Below are positions 36,659 through 46,753 of a DNA stretch of 64,000 nucleotides, piece after piece. Positions within the stretch are counted from its first letter, which is position 1; each line of letters starts with the position of its first letter. Under the pieces are notes generated by a model. That model ran no database searches. It saw only the letters and a program-made list of their open reading frames with translations, and was not told the origin of the DNA. This DNA is from Thermoproteota archaeon (lineage in GTDB: Archaea > Thermoproteota > Thermoprotei > Gearchaeales > Gearchaeaceae). Made by a program: the position numbers and the translations under genes. The stretch is taken from the NCBI GenBank assembly GCA_032249235.1, contig JAVVGF010000004.1, positions 64,001 to 128,000 on the forward strand, given 5' to 3'.

Positions 36659-38768
36659 TTTTTTCTGGATATAATATTTTGAAAATTAAAACTGAACCAT
36701 GAGGAGATTGATATACAAGTGTGAAATATGTAGGAGCAGGTATGTTGATTTGATTTAAAATTGAGGGGTATATTTGTCTTTTGTTGGGTATGTTAAGGAA
36801 AAGCATTTTATAAAGAACTACATCTTTTGCTTTTGGCCCTATTGGCAAAGTTAAGGCTACTTGCTGATTACCTATTGTAATAGTAGTTGTATTTAAATAC
36901 CATTGTCTGACTTGTTGATCTGTATAGTTATATCCAATCCTTAGCATCCAATAACTTTTTTCAAGATCGCCTCCAATAGGTATTAAATAACCGCTAGCAT
37001 TGTACATGTCTTCATAAACTAGCACGTATGAAGCACCGAATTTCTTCAAAATATTTAGTGAAGTATTTTCATCGCTTATCAATGCTCTTGCTAACAAGTA
37101 TATTTGAGTATAGTTGAAGTTAGCGTTATCAGCTAAAGTTATTCTTCCAGTATTCACAGTTATCCAATAACCATAATCCCACCATGAAGCGATCACAGCA
37201 TTTTGCGGTAAGCTATTTTTAATCCATTCAAAAGTAGCTATCCAGTCATATGTAACACTTCCTGTTTCTGTAGAAATTATGCTTTGAGGTATACTTGCTG
37301 CTCTTAATGGATTGGTTTGCGTTGCTGTACTTGTAAATATCGTGATAAGAATTAAGACTATTAATAATACAGCTCCATAGTTAGTAGGTATTCCTTTAAA
37401 TAAGCGTGCTCTCCTTCTTTCCAAATATTCTTTAGGAGGTCTGAATATTGCGGCATATGATCCTATTATCGAAGCAAGGGCGATTGCTCCAACAATCATT
37501 GTAGGCTGAACTGATAGCATAAATAATCTATTCGTTGCTGCAGTTGCGTGTAATGAAGTTAGCGTAGTAATAATCATGAATATATCCATGTTAGAAGCTC
37601 TTTTTGTTATCAAATAGATTCCAAAAGGAAGCATTATGAACATTAAATTGAAATTCAAAAAGAATTGGGCCCAACTTGTTGCATAATGTTCAGCTACCGA
37701 TTCTAACCATGGATTTTGTGATTTATAAAATGGATTTATTACAATTAAGAATTTCCCAACTATACCTTGAAAATATCCAAGTCTTTCTAATAAATAAGCA
37801 ATTCCTATTGTACCGCCTATTACTGAAGCTAAATAAACTGTAAGCCTTAAAGGTGTGATCCTTTTCAAAATCTTAAATAGATAAAGTTCAGCAAAAATTG
37901 CAACGTAAGCAAGATAAACTAAAAGCATTTGTGCTGAAGGAAGATATCCTCTAGCTCTTGGTACGATCAAAGCAAAAATCAAAGCTATCGTCATTGAAAT
38001 CAAATAGCTCTTTATTATATCGTTGTTGATCCTTCTAAACACGACAAGCACTATGATCGTTAATGCAAAGAGATTGAGAACGTAAATGAAAGCTCCCCAT
38101 GTCATGACTATCAATCCAAGAGCTATGCCTCCTACGAATGGCCAAATTCTTGTGTTGCCTTTCATCGCTTTAAGGAATGATAAAATAAAAAGTGCAATGT
38201 ATATTTGAGAAATACTATCATCATCGAAGAAACCATAACTTGTTCTAGGTAAAGTCGCAGCAGAAATTGCGAAGAAAAATGAAGCTATCAATCCGGCTGT
38301 TTTGCTATGCAGTTCTTTACCTATGAAATATAACAAAACAGTTGTTATCGCAGCAGAAAAAGCAGGAATGAAGCCTACTACATACATCATAGGTAAATTG
38401 ATACCCAAACCTTTCAAAATCAAGTAAATAAAAGCGCCGACAAAAGGAACACCTGGGTAAGCATTAGAAGGTATATCTCGACCGGTAGGATACCAGAATA
38501 GTTTATTAACTGGTTGAGTAAACCATGCAATGAATCCACCCCAACCTTTATCTACTATCCATTGTGCTTGATAATATTGAAAATAAGGATCGAACTCATT
38601 CAAATAAGGTCCATATTTTAATGGTATCAACCTTATTGATAACGTAACTATGAAATTGAATGTTAATACAGCTGCAATTAATAACGTTTCTGCTGAAGGT
38701 TTTGGTAAGCCTTTAAATGGCTTGGCTAGCCAAGAAAATGCATTTTTAATTTTTCTCTTGAAACTCAT
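36645..38768 (-). CDS. aglB: Oligosaccharyltransferase AglB/STT3
   Basis: EFDPYF, GFFDDD, SVAEH, WWDYGYWI, DLEK; many TM segments. Confidence 0.97.
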   Translation of the reverse strand: MSFKRKIKNAFSWLAKPFKGLPKPSAETLLIAAVLTFNFIVTLSIRLIPLKYGPYLNEFDPYFQYYQAQWIVDKGWGGFIAWFTQPVNKLFWYPTGRDIPSNAYPGVPFVGAFIYLILKGLGINLPMMYVVGFIPAFSAAITTVLLYFIGKELHSKTAGLIASFFFAISAATLPRTSYGFFDDDSISQIYIALFILSFLKAMKGNTRIWPFVGGIALGLIVMTWGAFIYVLNLFALTIIVLVVFRRINNDIIKSYLISMTIALIFALIVPRARGYLPSAQMLLVYLAYVAIFAELYLFKILKRITPLRLTVYLASVIGGTIGIAYLLERLGYFQGIVGKFLIVINPFYKSQNPWLESVAEHYATSWAQFFLNFNLMFIMLPFGIYLITKRASNMDIFMIITTLTSLHATAATNRLFMLSVQPTMIVGAIALASIIGSYAAIFRPPKEYLERRRARLFKGIPTNYGAVLLIVLILITIFTSTATQTNPLRAASIPQSIISTETGSVTYDWIATFEWIKNSLPQNAVIASWWDYGYWITVNTGRITLADNANFNYTQIYLLARALISDENTSLNILKKFGASYVLVYEDMYNASGYLIPIGGDLEKSYWMLRIGYNYTDQQVRQWYLNTTTITIGNQQVALTLPIGPKAKDVVLYKMLFLNIPNKRQIYPSILNQINIPAPTYFTLVYQSPHGSVLIFKILYPEKIGNT

Positions 38769-38803
38769 TGAATTTTTAAATATCAAAATATTATTTAACC
38801 TTT

Positions 38804-39187
38804 ATGAGTTCGCCATATCCTAAGGATAGAAAATATACTAAAGAGCATGAATGGGCTTTATTAGAAAAGAACATTGCAGTTGTCGGTATAACATGGTATG
38901 CACAATCGAAATTGAAGGATATAGTATATATCGAGCTACCAAAAGTAGGAAAGAAAGTTAAGAAGGGAGATGTATTAGCTGTGGTAGAATCTGTGAAGAC
39001 TGCTTCAGATGTTTATTCTCCTCTTAGCGGTGAAGTAATAGAGGTGAATGTAAAGTTGGAAAGAAATCCTGAGCTCATAAATAAAGATCCTTACGGAGAA
39101 GGGTGGATAGCCAAAATAAAGATAGAGAATGTAGATGAAATTAAAGAATTATTATCAGCTGAGGAGTATGAGAAGTTAGTTTCGTGA
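38804..39187 (+). CDS. gcvH: Glycine cleavage H protein / lipoyl carrier
   Basis: [30 protein letters not shown]. Confidence 0.96.
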   Translation: MSSPYPKDRKYTKEHEWALLEKNIAVVGITWYAQSKLKDIVYIELPKVGKKVKKGDVLAVVESVKTASDVYSPLSGEVIEVNVKLERNPELINKDPYGEGWIAKIKIENVDEIKELLSAEEYEKLVS

Positions 39188-39682
39188 TTTAATCTTAGAT
39201 AAAACATAAGGAAAGGAAATACCTTTATTTTTCAATACTTTTAACCATGTTTCATATGCAATGTCTAAATATTTTTTCATTTCTTCAGGAGTTTCAGCCT
39301 TTTGACTTTCGTAAAGAGTATATTCTACAATTGCTTTAGCATGTTCTATATCGAGAGGGTCTTTTAGTTCGAGCCCTTTCTCTTCAATTATCCTTCGTGA
39401 ATTTTCTATATCAAAAACATAAATTGGTCTTCTTCTATAGCCAGATATAAATATCCAAATCATGCTTCCGATTATGATAGAATATGAAATCATAAGTAAG
39501 CCATTGCTATTAACATAACGTGCTATTAAATAGGCTATGCTTCCTATAAGCAATCCAAACATCCCAGTTATTGGATTAGGTTTCTTTATCATAGTGAACG
39601 GGTCTATGAATGCGATATCATAAATTAAAGATAACAAAAACAATCTCCTTAGTTGAGATAACCACTTTAATTGTTCTTCCAT
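39176..39682 (-). CDS. Hypothetical membrane protein
   Basis: 2-3 hydrophobic segments followed by a soluble helical domain. ATG 39682 avoids overlap with the divergent gene. Confidence 0.7.
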   Translation of the reverse strand: MEEQLKWLSQLRRLFLLSLIYDIAFIDPFTMIKKPNPITGMFGLLIGSIAYLIARYVNSNGLLMISYSIIIGSMIWIFISGYRRRPIYVFDIENSRRIIEEKGLELKDPLDIEHAKAIVEYTLYESQKAETPEEMKKYLDIAYETWLKVLKNKGISFPYVLSKIKSRN

Positions 39683-39719
39683 CAAAAATAAATTTATATG
39701 AACTGAAATATATCGTAAC

Positions 39720-40124
39720 ATGGCTAGAAAAGAAAGAATAAGCAATTTGACCATTAAAATAAAAGAAGGATTGAGATATTTCTTTAATAATTTGTCTCCT
39801 TATGTTTTAGCTTTGATAACGATCGCTTATTTGTCTGGTTTCATATTTATAGCTACTCAAAATGCATTGCCATATATTCAAACCTCTCCCAATTCGCCAC
39901 CTATTATAATTTATCCAAATTCCTCTACACAACAAACTATTCTTGAAACAGTTTTGGTTTATATTGTATTGCTTCTCATATATGTTAGTCTTTTGGCTTT
40001 ATACATAATAGGTACAAGAAGATATCATGCAAAGCCGCCTACAACTCTTTTATCTCTATCGATTTTCATGCTATTTGTTTTATTCTTCATTCTCTGGGTA
40101 ATTTTATTGCAAAAGGTTCCTTAA
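39720..40124 (+). CDS. 3-TM membrane protein, OSTC/DC2 (OST3/OST6 family)-like
   Basis: TM, Pro-rich loop, QQTILE-TM, TM ending QKVP; about 1 kb from aglB. Confidence 0.6.
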   Translation: MARKERISNLTIKIKEGLRYFFNNLSPYVLALITIAYLSGFIFIATQNALPYIQTSPNSPPIIIYPNSSTQQTILETVLVYIVLLLIYVSLLALYIIGTRRYHAKPPTTLLSLSIFMLFVLFFILWVILLQKVP

Positions 40125-40664
40125 TCAATACGGTTTCTTCTTCAAACCCATTTTGAAAGCGCTAACGTTTGTGAATATATGAACGATAAAGGTGATCATG
40201 AAAACATATATTACGAAATCATAAGGTAAAGGACCTAAAACAAGAGATCTAAAAAATATTGCAAAGATTAAAAATCCTGTCTGATCGAATATAGGTAACA
40301 TTTCACCTCTTTCTATTCCAATTCTTCTTTTTATAAATGAGCCAAGTAAATCTCCAAACATTGTACCTGTTACCAAAAGAATTCCTTCAATCCAATTTAA
40401 GTACAATTCTATTCTTAAAAAATTGCTTAAGTTATAAAGAACCATGAAATAAACAAAACCTATTAATAAACCAAAGAGCGTTCCTTCCAATGTTTTACCG
40501 TCTCCAAATATTCTTCTTCCATCGCTGAGTTTTTTCCCCATATCCAAAGGTCTTTTTTCATCGAATAAGCTATCTAAAAAAAGCGGAGCTGCATTCGCTG
40601 CATAACAAGGCGATACATAAAGCAACGGGTATATGTAGAGAATGAAATTATCCATGTTATTCAA
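40125..40664 (-). CDS. carS: CDP-archaeol synthase
   Basis: ANAAP, DGRRIFGDGKT, GDLLGSFIKRRIG, DQ, KKKPY. Confidence 0.95.
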   Translation of the reverse strand: MNNMDNFILYIYPLLYVSPCYAANAAPLFLDSLFDEKRPLDMGKKLSDGRRIFGDGKTLEGTLFGLLIGFVYFMVLYNLSNFLRIELYLNWIEGILLVTGTMFGDLLGSFIKRRIGIERGEMLPIFDQTGFLIFAIFFRSLVLGPLPYDFVIYVFMITFIVHIFTNVSAFKMGLKKKPY

Positions 40665-41194
40665 GAATATTTAAATTCAGTCATTATTGAGCCGTTTCTT
40701 TTAATTTGGACTTTAAAATATTCATCCTCTTCGAATACTCTTATCTCATAGTCGCACCAATAATTAATTAAATTGAGCAAAGGTTCCTTTTCATATTCAG
40801 TAATAAATATATTTATTAAATTTTTATCTATACTCATAAAATATAAATAACATAATATCATATTAAATCTTGAATAGTATAAAATTTTATTTTTTATTTC
40901 TAAATTTAAAAAAGAAATTTTATCAAAGAAAATTACAGATTCATTTTCAATATTATTATTAAAAAGAAATTCTATAATATCATCAAGTCTTTCATATATA
41001 AGAAATTCTATTCCGTTATTTTTTGATTGTTTAAAATTTTTCAAGATATCAAATAAGTTTGATGATAGATAAATTATTTTTTTATTTGATAAAATTTGAT
41101 TCAATAAAATATTTATGAAGAAGTTTTTAGTCTTTTCATTTTTTGCAATTAATCTAATATTACAATGGCTTCTACTAAAAATATCTTTTAACAT
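40661..41194 (-). CDS. Degenerate RecA/RadB-like protein
   Basis: KIIYLS, VIFFDKIS, INIFIT and YWCDYEIR echo RadB strands; Walker A is eroded. Confidence 0.5.
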   Translation of the reverse strand: MLKDIFSRSHCNIRLIAKNEKTKNFFINILLNQILSNKKIIYLSSNLFDILKNFKQSKNNGIEFLIYERLDDIIEFLFNNNIENESVIFFDKISFLNLEIKNKILYYSRFNMILCYLYFMSIDKNLINIFITEYEKEPLLNLINYWCDYEIRVFEEDEYFKVQIKRNGSIMTEFKYS

Positions 41195-41195
41195 A

Positions 41196-41270
41196 CGCCC
41201 CGGGTGGGATTCGAACCCACGACCTACGGCTTAGGAGGCCGCCGCTCTATCCTGGCTGAGCTACCAGGGC
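41196..41270 (-). tRNA. tRNA-Arg(CCU)
   Basis: GCCCUGG acceptor, GCGGC-CUCCUAA-GCCGU, GUUCGAAUC. Confidence 0.96.
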
Positions 41271-41343
41271 ATCTGTTGATTATTTTATCTATTGAAATAC
41301 TTATTCTTTTTTGGGGTGATGTTATATTTAGTTTATAATTAAG

Positions 41344-42174
41344 TTGATGAGGGCTGTTTCAGCTGCTGTAGGATCTTTGTTTTTAGCTTTTTTGATAATC
41401 TCATTTACTTTTCTATTCGTAAATTTAACTGGAAGGACTTTTGATTCTCTTTCAAATTTCATCATGAATTTTCAAAAAGAGAAAGAAAAGAACGAAGAAA
41501 AACTCTTTGTGATACCATTAATTGACAGATTCTTGCCAAGTAAGATTACATTACTTAATTATACTTCTTATTCAGGTAATCTAATTAACTTACTAAAGAA
41601 TAAAGGCTTAATATTAAGTTCAAACAGCGGCTCTATTGCTCTGAAGATCTACTTTGAAAATATTACTTCCTACTCCGATACATGGATATTTGAAATGAAT
41701 TATTCAGTGTTAAGTTCAAACCAAACAACTGTGACTTTAAGAATATCAACAAGCGAAGGATTTGTTTTTAAACAATTTAATTTAACAGTCTCAGATATAT
41801 CTGGATTTTCATTTCTCGATATTATTATACGCGATACAAAGCAGTTTTTCCAGAATAATTCACTTGAATTGATCATTAGCCTTAACTCAAGCGTGCATAA
41901 TTTCTTATTACTTAATTTGAGAAGTTTGAGCTTTAAGGCTATAAGTAACGGAGATCACTATCTTAGCGTTTATGTTTTCAATGAAAGTGAGCAATACATT
42001 ATGATCAAAGATTTGATAATTTTCAATTCTGAAAATTTTGAATATAGGAAAAGTTCTTATTATTTATCGCCTTTAGGATTTCAGCAAATCATAATCAAAA
42101 CATCTATTACAGAAGGATATCTGAAGTTAATAACTCAAATAGGTAACGTGTATGTTTATCCGATAACTAATTAA
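41344..42174 (+). CDS. Type IV pilin-like protein (class III signal peptide)
   Basis: MRA|VSAAVGSLFL hydrophobic N-terminus, EKNEEKL, beta-rich NxS/T-rich body, ITQIGNVY C-terminus. Confidence 0.65.
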   Translation: MMRAVSAAVGSLFLAFLIISFTFLFVNLTGRTFDSLSNFIMNFQKEKEKNEEKLFVIPLIDRFLPSKITLLNYTSYSGNLINLLKNKGLILSSNSGSIALKIYFENITSYSDTWIFEMNYSVLSSNQTTVTLRISTSEGFVFKQFNLTVSDISGFSFLDIIIRDTKQFFQNNSLELIISLNSSVHNFLLLNLRSLSFKAISNGDHYLSVYVFNESEQYIMIKDLIIFNSENFEYRKSSYYLSPLGFQQIIIKTSITEGYLKLITQIGNVYVYPITN

Positions 42175-42197
42175 TTTGTTATTATTCTTTATTTTCA

Positions 42198-43124
42198 ATG
42201 GAAGAAATTAAAGATGTTAAACTCAGAAATGGTATGAAAATTCCAGATTTGATAGAAGAATTAAAGCATTCTTCAGCATTCATGGCAAAGCATTTGGCCG
42301 ATGCATGCAAGATATTCGAAGAAATGATATTAAATGAAGATTGCTTTGTATTCCTTTCATTCACAGCTAACATTGTTGCAACTGGAATAAGAGGTGTAAT
42401 CGTTGAGATGATAAAAAGAGGTTATGTAGATGCTATCATAACTACAGGTGGAACTTTTGATCATGATATTGCTAGATCCTTAGGCGGTAAATACTATGCA
42501 GGAGATTTCGATATGAATGACGAGGAGCTTCATCATAAAGATATCCACAGATTGGGTAACGTCTTGATACCTCTTGAAAGTTATGGAATTTTAATAGAGA
42601 AATTTGTGCGCCAGAAGCTAAAAGTGTACTTAGAAAATAAAACCAAAGTTTCTCCTAGCGAACTTGCAAACGAATTAGGAAGAATTATAGATGATGAGAA
42701 TTCAATTCTGAGACAAGCTTATCTTACCAATACACCAATATATTGCCCTGGAATCATTGATTCATCATTCGGTACTGCTTTGTTCTTTTTATCACAAACT
42801 ATGAAATTCCAGCTCGATTTATTCAGCGATATGAAAGAATTGCTTGATATCGTATATTCGTATAAAAAAACTGGAGCCATGATAGTAGGAGGAGGAATAA
42901 GTAAACATCATTTATTATGGTGGAATCAATTCAAGGAAGGTCTTGATTATTGCATTTATATAACTACCGCAACAGAATATGATGGTAGTCTTTCAGGTGC
43001 AAGACCGAAAGAAGCAATATCATGGAAAAAATTAAAGCCGCGCTCAAAGCAAACTTATTTATATTGTGATGCAACGATAGCTTTGCCAATTATTGTTCAA
43101 TATTGTATAGAAAGAATTGGGTAA
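42198..43124 (+). CDS. dys: Deoxyhypusine synthase
   Basis: FTANIVATG, HRLGNV, GGGISKHH, YDGSLSGARPKEAISWKK, DAT. Confidence 0.97.
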   Translation: MEEIKDVKLRNGMKIPDLIEELKHSSAFMAKHLADACKIFEEMILNEDCFVFLSFTANIVATGIRGVIVEMIKRGYVDAIITTGGTFDHDIARSLGGKYYAGDFDMNDEELHHKDIHRLGNVLIPLESYGILIEKFVRQKLKVYLENKTKVSPSELANELGRIIDDENSILRQAYLTNTPIYCPGIIDSSFGTALFFLSQTMKFQLDLFSDMKELLDIVYSYKKTGAMIVGGGISKHHLLWWNQFKEGLDYCIYITTATEYDGSLSGARPKEAISWKKLKPRSKQTYLYCDATIALPIIVQYCIERIG

Positions 43125-43151
43125 CTTTATATCACTATTGAAATAATTTAC

Positions 43152-43580
43152 GTGGAGAAAGCAATAAGCGAAATCTTCAGCTCAATAATAAACTTAACTC
43201 TTGTAATTTCTCTTTCGTTAGTTGTATATTTATTTGCTTATTCGCATTTCTCTGCTTATTATTCAAATTTTAATAAACTCTTAGATGATTTCAATAAGAA
43301 AAGCAATGGAAATCTTTTGATTGAACATGCTCAATTGATCGAAGATAAATTATTCATCATCATCACCAACATTTCTTCTTCTAAATTTTATCTTCAAAGT
43401 ATCAAAATTTTATCTAAAAGTATCGAAAAGGCTTTTGTTTTAAGAGAAGGATTAGAACCGAATGAGACAAAAGTTCTTTCTTTATCTATCAATGGAAGTC
43501 TAGAAAATCAAATTGAAGTTATCATAATATATTCAATCGAAAACATAAATGAGACATTCAATGCAACATATTATCTCTAA
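43152..43580 (+). CDS. Type IV pilin-like protein (class III signal peptide)
   Basis: MEKA|ISEIFSSII hydrophobic helix; LLIEHA...IITNIS...LEPNET pattern typical of small archaeal pilins. Confidence 0.7.
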   Translation: MEKAISEIFSSIINLTLVISLSLVVYLFAYSHFSAYYSNFNKLLDDFNKKSNGNLLIEHAQLIEDKLFIIITNISSSKFYLQSIKILSKSIEKAFVLREGLEPNETKVLSLSINGSLENQIEVIIIYSIENINETFNATYYL

Positions 43581-43612
43581 ATAAATAATAGTAAAGAATT
43601 CTTATTTTCAAG

Positions 43613-44977
43613 ATGGGAAAGTTATTTGGAACAAATGGAGTAAGAGGTGTATTTGGAGAACTTTTAACTCCTGATTTTGTATATAAGCTCTCATGTTCAA
43701 TTGCACAATATTTTTCAGGTAAAGAAATACTTGTTGGATGTGATACGAGACATACAAGAGAAGTAATAAAAAGAGCTGTTTTTGCAGGTTTAAGTTCAAT
43801 GGGTTTGAAATTTTATGATTCAGGAATAGCACCTACTCCTGCGCATCAATATGCTGTTAGGTATTACAATTTAGATGGAGGAATAGTGATAACGGCGAGT
43901 CATAATCCTCCTGAATATAATGGAATAAAACTTTTGGGTAAAAACGGCGATGAAATACCTCATAGTGAAGAAGATAAAGTCGAGGAAATTTTCTTTAACG
44001 AAAAGTATACTTATAGCGAAATACCTTCTCTTTGCTCAGGTAAAATCGATAGCATTACACCATATATAAATGCTATAAAAGAAAGAGTTGATGTAGAAGC
44101 AATATCTAAAAAGAACTTCAAGATAGCAATAGATCCAGCATGTGGAGCAGCTTCATTAACTGCTCCTCTTTTAGTTAAGGAATTAAAAGTTAAAGCTTAT
44201 CTAATAAATTCACAACCTGATGGATATTTTCCTTCAAGGGAACCTGAACCTTTAAGAGAAAATTTAAAAGAATTGGGAGAACTAACTAAAAGGCTCAATT
44301 TAGATCTAGCAATTGCATTTGATGGTGATGCAGATAGAGCTATTTTCCTAGATGAAAAAGGTAATGTAATTTGGGGTGATAGGAGCGGTGCAATTCTTTC
44401 CAAACATGTTCTAGCTAAGCACGGAAAAGGAACACTTGTAGTAGGTGTTAGCGCATCGACGCTTGTAGAAAGTGTAGTTAAGGAATTGAATGGTGATGTT
44501 ATTTGGACCAAAGTAGGAAGCGTTATCGTTACTGAGAAAATCAATGAACTAATATCAAAAGGCATATTTGCATTCGGTCTTGAAGAGAATGGAGGCTTCT
44601 TTTACACTCCTATGCATCCAACTAGAGACGGTTGCATGACATTGGCTCTTATGCTTGAATGTTTAGCAAAAACTCATAAAAAATTGAGCGAACTTGATGA
44701 GGAACTACCTAAAAGATGGATGATGAAGACTAAGGTTGAAGCAAAGAATATTGATAGAAAAGCTATAATTGAAAAGATAGCAGAAAGTTTCTCTGGTTAT
44801 AGGAGTGACAGAATAGACGGAATTAGGGTATGGCTTAATGAAAGAGAATGGTTTTTAGTTAGACCTAGCGGTACAGAACCTTTAATAAGGATATTTGCTG
44901 AATCAGATTCTCCTGAATCTGCTACGAAAATATTGAATAACATAAAAAAGATGGTAGAAAATTTGATCAAGAAATGA
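43613..44977 (+). CDS. Phosphoglucomutase/phosphomannomutase/phosphoglucosamine mutase
   Basis: LFGTNGVRG, TASHNP, FDGDADR, RPSGTEP. Confidence 0.96.
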   Translation: MGKLFGTNGVRGVFGELLTPDFVYKLSCSIAQYFSGKEILVGCDTRHTREVIKRAVFAGLSSMGLKFYDSGIAPTPAHQYAVRYYNLDGGIVITASHNPPEYNGIKLLGKNGDEIPHSEEDKVEEIFFNEKYTYSEIPSLCSGKIDSITPYINAIKERVDVEAISKKNFKIAIDPACGAASLTAPLLVKELKVKAYLINSQPDGYFPSREPEPLRENLKELGELTKRLNLDLAIAFDGDADRAIFLDEKGNVIWGDRSGAILSKHVLAKHGKGTLVVGVSASTLVESVVKELNGDVIWTKVGSVIVTEKINELISKGIFAFGLEENGGFFYTPMHPTRDGCMTLALMLECLAKTHKKLSELDEELPKRWMMKTKVEAKNIDRKAIIEKIAESFSGYRSDRIDGIRVWLNEREWFLVRPSGTEPLIRIFAESDSPESATKILNNIKKMVENLIKK

Positions 44978-46029
44978 GCATGATAATTTCAATGCCTAGA
45001 GTCGATCCTGCGATGGAAAAAGGAACAATATTGAAGATAATGAAAAAAGTTGGAGATAAGGTATCGAAGAATGAAATAATACTAAAAGTTATGACTGAAA
45101 AGGCAACATTTGAAATCAGTTCTCCGTATGAAGGATATGTAACTAAGATTTTTCATAATGAAGGAGAAGAATTGAACGTAGGAGAGCCAATATTAGAAAT
45201 ATCTCCTACGCTAGAAGTTAAAGAAGAAGTTCAAGAAGTCTTAGCAACCCCTGCTGCGAGAAGATTGGCAAGAGAGTATGGAATCGATCTTTCAAAAATA
45301 AAAGGAAGCGGGCCTCAAGGTAGAATTACACAGGAAGACGTATTGCAATTTTTGAGCAAGGCTGGATTGGAAAAGAAAGAAGAAATCATTCCTCTTTCTC
45401 CTATTAGAAGAGTAATAGCACAGAGAGTAGAGAAAAGTCATAAGGAAATTCCTCAATTGACTGTTCACGTGAATGTAAAGGTAGATAAATTATTAAATCA
45501 TAGAGCTCAAAGAAATCTAAGCTTTGATTCTTATTTTATATTTGCATCTTCAAGAGCTCTTAAAGAATTTCCTTTGTTAAATTCAGAATACAAAGACGGC
45601 TCAATAAACTTAAAGAATGAGATAAACATCGCTTTCGCTTTAGCTATAGATAATGAATTGTACATGCCTGTTATAAAGAATGCAGATAAAAAGAGCTTAG
45701 ATGAAATAGATAAAGAACATTCAATATTGATAGAGAAAGCAAAAAAAGGGAATCTAAGTTTAGAAGATTTGCAAGGATATACATTTTCAATAACAAATCT
45801 AGGAGCATATGAAGTAATTCATTTCAATCCTCTCATTTATCCTCCAAACGTTGCAATTTTAGGTGTTGGAACCATTGAATACAAAATTTATTCAGAAAGC
45901 AACTCTATTTACATAAAGCCTTCAATCATGCTAAGCTTGAGTTTCGATCATAGAGTAATTGATGGTATGTATGCAGCAAGATTTTTGAAAAAAGTCAAGG
46001 ATATAATTGAAAGTGGAAGCTTTGAATAA
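44974..46029 (+). CDS. 2-oxoacid/acetoin dehydrogenase E2 (dihydrolipoamide acyltransferase)
   Basis: Lipoyl domain (MTEKAT), E3-binding ATPAARRLA...GSGPQGRI, catalytic DHRVIDG. Confidence 0.95.
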   Translation: MSMIISMPRVDPAMEKGTILKIMKKVGDKVSKNEIILKVMTEKATFEISSPYEGYVTKIFHNEGEELNVGEPILEISPTLEVKEEVQEVLATPAARRLAREYGIDLSKIKGSGPQGRITQEDVLQFLSKAGLEKKEEIIPLSPIRRVIAQRVEKSHKEIPQLTVHVNVKVDKLLNHRAQRNLSFDSYFIFASSRALKEFPLLNSEYKDGSINLKNEINIAFALAIDNELYMPVIKNADKKSLDEIDKEHSILIEKAKKGNLSLEDLQGYTFSITNLGAYEVIHFNPLIYPPNVAILGVGTIEYKIYSESNSIYIKPSIMLSLSFDHRVIDGMYAARFLKKVKDIIESGSFE

Positions 46030-46753
46030 TTTTCGCATAATTTATGAAAATGAATTTGATCTGAATAGAAACTTGGCTTTAGAAGAAGCTATATTGATTT
46101 CTTTGAATGGAGGTAATTCAACGAATACTTTTAGACTTTGGATTAACGAAGATTCAGCAATAGCTCCTTTTCATGAAAGTATATTCAAATTAATAGATGT
46201 TGAATATTGTTTAAGAGGAGGTATAAAATTAGGTAGGAGAATAACAGGAGGAGGAGCAATATATAATGATGAAGGAAATTTAAATTGGAGTTTTTTTGTT
46301 CAAAGAAAACCTTATGAAAAATTTTCTCTGATTGAACTTTACCGTTACTTTTCAAGTTATATAGTAAAAGCCCTGAGCGAAATAGGAATTGAATTAGAAT
46401 TCAGAGAACCTAATTGGTTATCTATAAAAGGAAAGAAGGTCTCAGGAATGGCTGGTTACATAAAAAGCAATTCAATTTTGATCCATGGCACTCTTCTTGT
46501 CGATGCAAATCTTGATAAGCTCGAGAAAGTTTGTAAGGAGCATTACAAATATCCTCCTGTCATGAACATATCTGAAATCAAATCTATTTCAATTAATGAA
46601 TTAATTCATCATATATCAAATTGGATGAAGAAGAAATTAAGCGAAAAGAGCGAAGTTACTTTAGCAGATAAGCCTAGCGAATATGAGCTAAAGCTCGCAG
46701 AAAAGCTTAAAGAAGAAAAATATGAAAAGATTTCTTGGATATTCTCAAAATGA
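46007..46753 (+). CDS. Lipoate-protein ligase A family
   Basis: NLALEEA, RRITGGGAIY, GKKVSG, HGTLL. Confidence 0.92.
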   Translation: MKVEALNNFRIIYENEFDLNRNLALEEAILISLNGGNSTNTFRLWINEDSAIAPFHESIFKLIDVEYCLRGGIKLGRRITGGGAIYNDEGNLNWSFFVQRKPYEKFSLIELYRYFSSYIVKALSEIGIELEFREPNWLSIKGKKVSGMAGYIKSNSILIHGTLLVDANLDKLEKVCKEHYKYPPVMNISEIKSISINELIHHISNWMKKKLSEKSEVTLADKPSEYELKLAEKLKEEKYEKISWIFSK

